Part shown: in pieces, positions 49,501 through 60,500 of the stretch | Numbering within the stretch: position 1 is the first letter of the stretch | Layout of the letters: each line of letters begins with the position of its first letter | Origin: Marsupella aquatica | Lineage: Eukaryota; Plantae; Marchantiophyta | Direction: 5' to 3' | NCBI GenBank assembly: GCA_973895155.1 | Contig: OZ316892.1 | Location: 21,143,619 to 21,207,618, forward strand | Length of the DNA stretch: 64,000 nucleotides | Made by a program: the position numbers and the translations under genes | Notes under the pieces: model-generated | The model's database searches: none | The model's input: only the letters and a program-made list of their open reading frames with translations | What the model was told of the DNA's origin: nothing

Positions 49501-51932
49501 CCAGCTGCGCTGATGGACAACTCGTCAGTTTCAACAGGATAGAGATGTTGTTGTCATCGAGCTCGTTGAAACAAATGTACCTTAGAAATACCTGTAATCA
49601 TGAGAAATAAAACTCATACAAGTTAAACATGGGGACGGAGATTCTATTGTTGGAATCTCGATGAGACAAATTTGTCTTGTTTGGAAATATGGCAAACTGT
49701 AATGTACAGAAGAACTTCAGGAAACTCCATTGAGGCCGCCTTGGATTAACGCAAGCTCAAATTCACTCATTTCTATTTCTAGTGTTTCTTTCAGGTTTTC
49801 TTCAGTAAACCCAGGAAGATAGCTCAGCTGGAGGTGCAGTGTTCAGGGGAGAAGTGCATGCTGTTCTTTGACAAATTTCTTACAACCAAATGAATGTAGT
49901 TGTGGTCTTAGAGTTTCTATGGCTTGACAGTAAGTTAACAAACTGCACAAATGAATCTTGTGTACTATGTGAAAGTCGGCCGCGGCAGAAAATAAAACAC
50001 TTAAAACGCAGCCGGAGGTACCTGTCTCAGACACCGGATATGTGATTCTCTCCATGTAGGGTCGTCTTCTTCTGTCTGGTCCAGCAACCAGATTAGGGGC
50101 TCAATCGCCTTTCGTCTCCGATCTTTAATAGTAGCAGTCCAGTCGTTCATGTGTGATGCTTTGCAAGCCCAAGTTGCAGCTTCTTTCACAACTTTATCAG
50201 TGTGATCTCTATCGAAGTACAATGCACACACAGCGATTGCCACTTTGTTCTTCCCGTTTTCCATTGATTCTGCTTCAGAGCCCCGCTCATGTTTGACATT
50301 AGAAACCACTTTAATTTCACCTTCCCCTTGCAAAAAACTGAAAAGGGACCTCATTTCCTGGTCACTAGCCAAATGCTGGTCAATGTAAAGCTTCAGTGTA
50401 GTCAACATGGACCATGACTTGGACTTTATTTGGTCCTTACTATCAAAATTCAGCTTGGCTGCTATACTATTGGTACTGTCTTTCAAGAGTTCCCTGGACC
50501 ACAACTCTGCAATTGACTTGGAAAACATGCCACCCGAAGTCTTTGCAGTAGCATGTACAATTCTTAACACCTCCTCTGGGACTGATTCTCCTTCACAAGC
50601 GTACATCAAGAACAAAATATCTTTAGCATTTCGGCTCTCCAAATAATCAATGCAGATTTTCATGGCAGCCCAAAGACTTCTTGGCGGAGTATCATCAGAA
50701 GTGCCCCCGAGAACAATTATTTTCTCTGGATCGCCAAGTATCTGACACAGTGCATTGTAGGCTTCATTCCATGCACGCACATCTGTCTTGTCTTGGTTGT
50801 TAGCAAAATTACTTGCCAAACAAGCGAGAGCTAATGGGTTGCCACCCGTAGCCTTTATCATCTGATCTCCAATGCGCTGCATGTCAAGAAAATAATACAC
50901 GACTAGTTAAATGCTGCAAAACCAATATTGATAAGGAAGGTTTAACATATAATAACTTGTTAAATGATTCAATTCTACACAAAAACGAAATAGGAATACC
51001 GAACTGTTGTAAATTGTAGAGTCCATGTAAACTCTGGAATATGGTAAGGAACAAACCAACAAAAGGGCTCAAACCGATTTTCAGAAACGGACCTGTAACT
51101 TTTGAGGAATTAAGTTGTCCTTCAGTCCAACAAGGGTTGCAAGAATGGTCTTCGCCTCATCATGTTTGGGATCACTCATGGGAATAGGAAAAGAGTAATT
51201 CGTACAGCTGTGACACAAATTGCGATATTGGGAAGTAACCAAGTACTTCACTTGGGTACCACCTTGAGAAGCTTTCAACATCTCATGTATGAAAAGAGGG
51301 TCGGACACATCGTCCAGAATAATTAAGATCTTGCTGCCGCTAAAAAAAAACTCATGGAGGGATTCTGCAATTCTAAATTTAAAGTCCCCCCTTTCTCTCT
51401 CTGGATTAGTGGTTAAGCTGGCGGGAGAAAGTCTCCTCAAGATGTCAGAAATTCTTGTCGGGATAGGCTTAAGGTCGGCATCCTGTTGCACAAGAGTTGC
51501 TAGTTCTATACCCTCCTTGATGATTTTGATGATGTCCTCTAAGGTGTTATTCACAGATCGAATTGGCTCATCCAGTTTAGCTGGGAAAGACGTCATATAT
51601 AATTTGACAGACAACCACCATCGCAAGAAACAACACGTATTGCTGTCAAATCTTTTCTTCAGTTCTCGTATGTCCGATTCGGCCTTTAATAGTGTGGATT
51701 TTGCGGTCTTCAGCTTCTTCACCACGTTGATATTCACACGTTCTCCACGATTCCTAAGTTGCTCCTCAACAGCCTCGATCCTTGAGTGAAGGGTTTCAAT
51801 GTCAGACGGAAAATTGGCCGAAGTCCCTCCCAGAGTCTTTAAATAAGACGCAATATCGGTGATCGATTTGCATATGTTAACGATCTGGTTCACCAACGCC
51901 AGAACCTCGTTGATAACTGCCACAGTGGCCAT
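46516..51932 (-). CDS. NLR-like protein copy 1: N-terminal helical bundle, NB-ARC (P-loop missing), ~19 armadillo repeats; two 1-nt frameshifts
   Basis: Phase-0 exons 51932-51093, 50876-50022 and 49591-46516. Walker B KILIILDDV, RNBS-B VKYLVTSQ, GLPL-like GGNPLAL, degenerate RNBS-D/MHD regions. Exon 3 is 3076 nt; restoring one base at ~49301 and one at ~48753 gives a single ~1590-aa ORF. Real pseudogene versus assembly error cannot be decided here. Confidence 0.8.
46620..49145 (-). repeat. Coding tandem repeat array, 132-bp (44-aa) ARM units alternating A/B (264-bp period)
   Basis: For example CTGAGCTTGATTGTCTCTGATTTATTGAC at 47717 and 47981 (offset 264). A = EGLVGALSK...GGESMKLQILG; B = xGLVKSLSN...IKLRILDEHGAL. 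Confidence 0.95.
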
Positions 51933-54117
51933 TATTCTCTATAATAAGACATGCAATAAAATTTAATCAGGATCTACATGTCCGAGACGGGTAACTGGAC
52001 TCGTCCATAGATTACCTACCCTTCGCAAACAATGGAGTGCCAATCAAATCTCTGATGTGTAGGCAAACAGAGAGCTGAACTGATAACTCGTGTGCAAAAA
52101 TGGAAATGGATACAGGCTATATACCTTGATATAACACTTAGTATTCCAACCTGAGAGAAAGTGTGGACTGCAACAACTTTTCGAGCTTACCTGTAGATCT
52201 TTGGATGATTTCAGGCGAAATCGGTATATATGATGTGCGCACACCGACTATGGTATCGAGCCTTTGGCCAGGAGATCAGGGTTAGCGCATCTTAATTTAC
52301 CCCCAAGTGGGTAGACTCAGAAGACACTCAAGTTTGGGTCGATGATTGACCTGTTAGACAAAACCCACCAAAGTATGGTAATATCCAGCTACATTGAGAC
52401 AGGGCCCGTAACTAGCATTTTGGCCCCAATGAATGGACAAGCATAAAGCTCTCGATGAACAAATGTTCAACAACCCAGAATTCGGTGACACAGTAGATGT
52501 AAATTTCCGTAACGATATTACGACCCGACGATAAATTTATCGGTGAAAATGATAAATTTATCGGTGGAAATGCCCTCCCTCAGATGATAGCCATGAGTAT
52601 TGTTGTGAAGCTGAACAACATCCGTGGATGGCAGTAATCAAAGAAAGAGCAGATCTACGATACACGAAAAGTCTAGGGCAAGGACAAGGTATACAGAGCC
52701 CATCTACAAACCCACCAAACAGAAATTCTACATGAATGATTGTGTGATGAAGGAAACAATTAATCAAAGAAGCTAGGGATGGAATGCGAACGGCAAGAGC
52801 GAAGAGTACATGGAAGAGAGCTTGCTTGCCCAGAAGGCCGTAATGATGGCCGATCAACAATTAAGCCGATTTTCAGTCGGACCCACCCCCAAAAGGAAGC
52901 GAACGGGAAATCAATTATTCTAGGCAGCCAGTGGCCAACTCCTCGTAACAGAAGACAATGCTCATAGGCACTTGAGGAAGGGAAGGGGAACTAAGGGTAC
53001 AGCATGGTATCAAGTGGTACACCTCGTGGGACTACTGCAGCTGCAGGCACGTACGTGTAGGTTCCCGGGTTCCCGGGTTCCCGGCTGGAACCAGACTGCT
53101 GTCATTGAGACAATGCCCACTCCATTGGGCCCGCCCAGAATCCTCCTCCATAGGCATCCTTGAGCGTCTTGTGTACTTCCGTCTTGCGCATTCAATCTGC
53201 AAAGGTCAGAGAATTGAGCCGGGGAGTCTGGAGTGTATGTGACCCTTCAAATTGTTCTTCAGTGTAGTTCATCTAGTCACAACTTAGCAGAATCGATCTG
53301 ACCTGACCCTCTCCCCGAACATGAAGCTTCGGCCTCCAGTGACACGTACGGTGCGTTGAGACAGACGCATTGTAAAGCACGATCGAGACGTAGTACTTGG
53401 CAGGTAGATCGATCGCATCGGTTCCTCGGCAAAATGGAGTAACCGCGCAGGACTGTCCCGTGGCATCCACTACCCCAGACGACCAGCTAGAAGTATTCTT
53501 CTGCCATCTCTTCGTTGTACACTCAAGCGAAGTGGATTGCTTGTGGAAGCAGCTTTCTCGTAGATTCCAATCTATCGGCCGAGGTACCGCGAAGTAAAAA
53601 GTTTTTAGACGCGGAACCTTTGGGAACACATCGGCACCTGGCATGTACCTTTTGAGGTCGAACAGAAAGTATGTGTTGTAGACGACAGAAACGAGGGCTG
53701 ATACCGTAACATCATAAGAGTCGCTGGAACAAATCACAACTGAAACGCTTTGTCGGTGTCAAAAGTCCAGAGACGCAAGACTTCATAATTCTAGCAATTA
53801 TGCGGTGACTAAGAGAGATCAGGGTCCTGATGAGTAGCTTTGCTTGATCTCCCTTCTCCAGTGATCGGATTCGGAATTACTCTGGGATGCTTAATTACGC
53901 AAGTAGTAATGTTCAGTCTGTGGATGTTTCCAAGGGACTGGTAAATGATTCCTCACGTTAGCCACGTCCACGGTCGAGAATTTTCTTACTACTTCCACGC
54001 GGATCAACATGACCATCTACAGTAAGGTTTCATTATTTTATTTCTGTGGAATCGTTCACAATTAAATATTTTTAAAAATCAGTCATCAATGTAAAAGTCT
54101 GGTTTGAAAAGGATATG

Positions 54118-54180
54118 ACGCTCCAAGGTCCAAGGGGCACGCGCACTGCGCTCCAAGGTCCAAGGGGCACGCACACTGCG
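54118..54180. repeat. 30-bp tandem duplication
   Basis: CGCTCCAAGGTCCAAGGGGCACGC(G/A)CACTG twice. Confidence 0.85.
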
Positions 54181-54405
54181 TAATCCCTGCTGGTAATCAC
54201 ACATCAAAATGTGGTTGCATTCATTGATTGAAAGGAAAAAACTAGTATTATCACTGTATGCAGGGGTATCGTACATATATCGTACATAGTATATGTCATA
54301 TTTTGATGTGCAGTTATGGAGACCCCTACGCAATGGGGTGGAAAATCCATGGCCCGGCAAGGCGCAGACCAGCTGGATATTCGGGCACCGCTGAGTGTAT
54401 ATTAA

Positions 54406-54811
54406 GGGGGCTTTACAAGAACTTGGGGGCAGCCATTCCATTTTTTCTAAGTGAAAGATGCAATCCTAGCCATTCATATGTGGGAACTGGCCACACTTCA
54501 CTTTACATGAACTTGGGGGCACAATGAACCAAAAACATTACCTAACCTAGTCATCTGTCAGTGGGCCCCTTGTGGGTCCCTTTTTTTGCTGAGTTGTGCA
54601 AGCTTTTTTGTCAAAAACTTAGACCTCCTCTTGAGGTGGTCTAAAAACTTGGAGCAAACGGCCGCTTGGTTTCAGGGAATTACATTGATTACTTCCATAC
54701 CTGACACATTTTGGCTCAGGCATTTTAACTTTTGTGGAAGGAAATGGCCATCAGCTTTGCTCTGGATGGAGAGAGAGAGTGAACGGCCCCCATCTTCTTG
54801 TAAAGCCCCCC
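54406..54811. mobile_element. PIF/Harbinger (Tourist-like) MITE
   Basis: ~25-bp TIRs GGGGGCTTTACAAGAA(CT/GA)TGGGGGC; TAA TSD at 54403-54405 and 54812-54814. Confidence 0.82.
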
Positions 54812-56959
54812 TAAGGTTGCATTCTTTAACAACGGACGGACACAAGACTGAGGTGCTACTCTGATGCCATCCGCAACTTACTGACCTTGCACATAAATCA
54901 TGTATGTAACAAACCTGAAAGGCACCAGGGTCAAGGGCAGGGTAAACGTTCAGGATTCTCTATATTTGGCCATTTTATTTCAAGGACCTGATGCTAAGAA
55001 ATAGTTTCTGTATATTTATTTTGAAAGTTAGATCTAGGACCCTAGATTTAAGTAGAGCCATCAAATTGTAACCCCGGGATGGTAACTGTTAGACCTGTGG
55101 CCGGGTGTGAAACTGACTAATGAAGCCCGAAATATCTTACGAATTGGAGCCAAAAGACCAACGACTCTGATGAAGGAGGAATTTGGCTAATTTTGACCAC
55201 CAAAACAGGAATAGGCGTTAGAGTACGGTAGCCAGAGCAGCTATGTATCCACAGAGTACAAGACACTCTAGTAAAAAGATTACCGACAGTGTGGGGCACA
55301 GAAACTCATCATATTCTTGACTTTGTACAGGACTCTCGGCCTGGACCACCCAAATCAGCCCACTCCTCCAACCAATAATTTTGTTTTGCTTTTGGGACTA
55401 TTTGTTGACGACGAATACAGTTGCTTCTCTGACCTTCTAGGAAGCTGCATTTAGGACGGCCTGATCTTAGTACGTTGCTCATCTAAAGTAGGTTGTGACT
55501 TGTGACCCACGTCAAGGTGGCGGTGTCTCCAGTCGCATATGCACTCTGAGTTCTTAATTAATGTTAAAAATAATCAAACGATTCCCTGTACGCGTTCAGT
55601 CTGCTGCAAGCCAAGGTATGACGTCAACGTGGTATTCCGGGTAGTATACCCATCAGTGTTAATTTCCTTTCTGTGCTCCCAGATCGAGAGGGCTACCGTG
55701 TACAATATGTTATCGCGTGTTTTTCTGTGAAAAAAGGTGGCTCGGGTGTGAAAAATCAGACCAATTTTGTACTTTTTGTAAAAAAAAACTGAACATGATT
55801 TATGCCCCAAAATTGCACCCGAGTCATATGCAAAAACAAATTCACACTTTAGAACCAGGTAGCCAAAAAAATCTTGCAGTGACTCTTCTATAAAAAAAAG
55901 TTAACACTTGAGAAGATATTCTAAACTTAAAAAAAAAAACACATCCCCCGAGAATTACAGAAAAACTTGCACGCACACAAAAAAACTGGAGGAAAAACAC
56001 ATGGCAATATATTGTACTAAGTGCAATCCCATGGTAAGTGAAACTATAAGTTGTAATCTAGTAAAGGGTTTCCACTTATAAATTCATTATTTAGTCAGAC
56101 CTTTATGCACATTAAAACATTGCAAGGGGGCAAAGGGCAGAAACTGGGCGCAGATAAGCCCACGTATGGAATAATGCAGGTTGGCAGCCTGGGAGAGCTT
56201 GGCAGAATTGGATAAAGCAAAGTATTGGAGTTATGGCCCTTAACAAGAGTCTCCTCCATTTAGTGCAATCCCTTTATAAGTGCAAGGAAACTGTGAAAGC
56301 CAAAAAAGTCTACAAGGGCATTTCTGCTCCCTTGTTATAATGCCAGGGTTCTTGGAAATATGAGAAGACTAATTGCATTCGACAAATCAACATTCAAGTG
56401 CAATCTCTTAGTAAGCAAAATTTCATTTTATATTGCATTTATTGCTAAAGGTCATTATCCTAAAAAAGTGCACTGCACTCTGAATCATGTTGTCGACATG
56501 GAAGTGTTATCATCAATACAAAAGACGGTGAAAGCTAAAGATTGAATTTCCAAACATAATTGAAAAAGAAAGCATGAGTTGCATAGAGTGAAGAGAAACA
56601 AAAGTTGTTTGTGGACAGGGTGGAGAATCAAAAGAGAGTGTTAGATAGGAATTTCGTATCTAGAATTGGAACATCAAGTGGAAATTGCATGGAGGAGAGC
56701 CAGAAAATTCTGGGAAGTCAGCTCCTCTTTGCCAAATACACTTACAGTGGAAGCATGCCTAAGGTAGGCACCAGCATAGAAAATCTCAGTCCTAACAAAT
56801 GTAAGCTGACAAAGTTATGACCAAAAAACTGCAAGGAAATCTGAGATTCAAAAACATCTGACTGTGTTTAACGTGCTCTGTTGAGCACTTTTTAATGTTC
56901 ATGTATCCCAATAGCACAGACATGGCAGTAAGAGAACTCATTCAAAAAGACACCTGACC

Positions 56960-57238
56960 AACTTAAAGTACCAGTTGCGCAAAGAGCACATTGTTGTTGC
57001 TGGTGTTCAGTGTCCAATCATGCATGTCAGTTGATCTAGAACATCCGACGGCTCGTCCCTAGCCTCATGACTGTTGCCGGCTATAATTGTCCATCATCCT
57101 CTGTGCTAGCCAGCGCAAGATTGCATTCACCAATCTTCTGAATCCAACAGCTGGATCTTTAGGATGGATGAACATTATCAAGGACTAACAATTCAAGTTC
57201 ATGGTGTGCTGTTTAAGCCAATCATGGTACTTTAAGTT
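56960..57238. mobile_element. Candidate MITE bounded by a perfect 14-bp inverted repeat
   Basis: AACTTAAAGTACCA ... TGGTACTTTAAGTT. The internal TTAA/TAA may be the TSD. Single copy in this window. Confidence 0.4.
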
Positions 57239-57531
57239 TGTACTAGCCAGGGTGCTCACTTCGAGTATTTTTTGTGTTATGTTGGTACTCATAGGGGTCT
57301 CTTCTCGGTTTTGGGTCCAGTCAAGGTCACACAGGTTTTCCTAGAAATAAAGTAACAGACTTGCAAATGGTTGGTGTACCACTTGTGAGCAACAAACCAC
57401 AAGGTTTTTGAGTTGCAGTATTTGGATGCAACTTTGTCATCTTCAATCTGTCTGGGCCAAGATTTTGTTTGCAGGTGCCTAGCAAAGTTGTGCCAAGACT
57501 CGAAGAGCTAGAAAGGGGCATCCACTTTTTC

Positions 57532-60500
57532 TGTCTTTCAAGTTATCCTGAAATTTAAGAAAAATTTCCCTCCAGTCAATTTGTCCCCTAGTTGATGAAC
57601 CAAGTCTGCCTTGCAGGCGAAATTGACATCATGGTTCACAAAGTGGATTTTGGTCGAGTTCACATGAGAATGATAATAACTCCTGTTCCAGTGATGAACT
57701 GCAGTTTTAGAAATTGCAATCATCTGATTTCAGGGAAAAAATTCTTCTGTGGTGAACGAGACAATCTTGTCCTCTGCTCACTTCCTCATTTTGACGAACA
57801 ATTGAGGAAGTGTTGATATTGTACTGTATCATTTTATGGCACAAGTTGTAGTTCTGTGAGGATTGCAACCCGCCTGAACGAATTCAACAGCAGTGTCTGA
57901 CTGGCAACCACCACATGCAATAGATCATATACATCAGCTAGAGCATGCAAATGTAGTCTGTGGGTTTGTGAAGTCCTTCAGATCAATCACCGATGGTGAA
58001 TTATAAGAACTAGAGTTTGATCAAAACGCCCTTGATTCGTTGAATGGCAAACCCAAAATTGATCCACGGAAGTTAGATTACCACCGGGATTACCACCAAA
58101 GAAATGCCACATAGATCAAGCAAAGTACTAACAGAAAACATACTGCCCATGTGAGGCCGGAAGAACTGTGCACCAGATGAGCTTTCTGAGATTATCCCGA
58201 GTGTTCTTTGAAATTCTAACAAGGCTCTCAGCAACGGACAACTGAGAGTGAATCAATTTTCCCAAGCCTACGGAATGCCAAATCGGGGAACTTACGGACA
58301 GGACAAGCCGGAAAGTGACCTTGCCAGTGAAAGGAGAAAACCAATAGTCTCGCGAAAATGCAAGGAGCACTTGAGCAAAAACAGGTTAGCAACGGGTTAC
58401 GAGATTTCTTATCTCTAACTTGGTGATTGTCCAGCCAACCTAGCGAACAAAGCAAGGTCTTCGTGAGCAAGGAACTTCTTCACAAATATAGGTAGCTGAG
58501 CGAGTGCTGTACAAGCAGTGGGTGAGGCCATAGTTTAGACACGTGTGGCACCAACATGGAGTAATCTGAGTCTGATGTTTGTGATGTAACCATCAAACTT
58601 TAGCCGTAAACGGGAACAATTGTCTAGACAACCAGGAGCTCCACCATAACCTTGTTCAAATGGAATTTACCTACTTGCTACCAAATGCTTCAATCAATCT
58701 TGGCGTTCTCAAGCTTGGGAGACTAATGTGACTACCTGTTGATTTGAGACAAGTGAACAGTAAGCCCGGGTCATAGATATTCAAGATTTTGGGTGACTCT
58801 TATAGACACAATTGTCCTTCATATGATTTTGACAAATCCAAGATTGCGTTCAACCTTGCATAGGAGTTGGACGTTAGACCGGTCCTTTCCACCTGATAAA
58901 TTCCACGCTGCTGAGATAGTAAAATACGCCACAAAAATCGATACTTTTGCTCTAGTTGGTCTTCATCAGCCCAGTCTTAAAAGATATATTTCAAACTCCA
59001 ACAATCTCTAGCCATAAGGCTAAGATTCTCCAAAGCTAGTTGTACATTGTGAACGTACTCGTTTTCACCCTCGGCCGCAGACTTGGTCAGAGCAGCCAAC
59101 AACTCCTCGGCCCTCGCTTGAATCTTGATTGATGGGTCTTGTGTGTGTGCCAATTTGACCAAAGCCGACGCAGCGTTCTTTTGCAAAAGAGGTTGGTTGC
59201 CTTCCGAGTAAGCCCACAGAAAGCCTGCAAGTGCCCTTCCTTTTTCACAATTGAAAGTTTTGTTGAGTCTTCTCCCATGGCTAGATTAGCTAAAGCCAAT
59301 GTTGCACTGTTCTCCAATTCGGGATTCCGGTCCTTAGAAAACCCTCCCACAAGGCCCTCAAGTGCCCAATCTTGATCCAAGATTCTGGGCTGCATTGCCT
59401 CCGGTCCCCTGGCTAAATATTTTAAAGCCCGGCTGTAGAGTCTGTAGTTTTGGGTTCTCATCGTTGGAGAGAGACTTGACCAAGGTTGCAGGTCAAGTCT
59501 CCTCTCCTGCAGCTAGATTCACAGACAACCTTGCTGCTGCTCCTTGCAATTTGGGATTCTGGTCCTTAGATAGAGCCCCCACCAGGCCCTCCAGCGCCCC
59601 ATCTTGACCCAAGATTCTGAGCTGGACTTGCTCCCGTCCACTGTCTACATTTTCTAAAGCATATGCTGCATTTTTCTGTAGTTTTGGGTTCTCATCGTCG
59701 GAGAGAGACTTGACCAGGCCTGCAAGTGCCCTTTCTGCACCAGAAGCATAGAGTTTCATGGAGTCCTCTCCTGCAGCTAGCTTCCTAAACACCCTTGCTG
59801 CTGCTCCTTGCAATTTAGAATTCTGGTCCTTTGATAGAGTTCCTACCAGGCCCTCCAACGCCCCATCTTGACCCAAGATTATGAACTGGACTTTCTCCGG
59901 TCCACTGGCTAGCTTTCCTAAAGCACATGCTGCACTTTGCTGTAGTTTTGGGTTCTCATCGTTGGAGAGGCACTTGACCAGGCCTGCAAGTGCCCCCTCT
60001 GCACCCGAAGATAGAGTTTCATGGACGGCCATCTTGCAGCTAGACACCGCAGCACCTCTGCTGCCTGTTCTTGCATTTTGGGATTCCAATCCTTTGACAG
60101 AGCCCCCACCAGGCCCTCCACCGCCCTATCTCTTCACCCAAAATTAGAAATTGGATGGACTCCAAGTTCGCAAGTAGATTCCGCAAAGCCCCTGCTGCCG
60201 CTTCTTGCAATCCGGGATTCCGGTCCTTTGATAGAGCCCCCACGAGGCCCTCCAGCACCCGACATTTACCCAACATTCTGAGCTTGACTGTCTCCTGTCC
60301 AATTAATATATTTCTTAATGCCCATCCTGCATTTACCTGAGGATTAGGGTTCGTGTCCATGGAGAGGGACTTGACAAGGAGTTCGAGCAACCCAGCCCTA
60401 TTTTCATTCAGAATGTAAAGGTGAATTGATTCTGCACCCGGGTGTGACAGCTTTCACATAATCGACGCAGCATGTTTGCACGCCCATCTGAATCTTGGAG

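Noticed and set aside
53273-53737. 154-aa minus-strand ORF between the NLR-like copies
   Set aside because: No recognisable motif or supporting exon structure.
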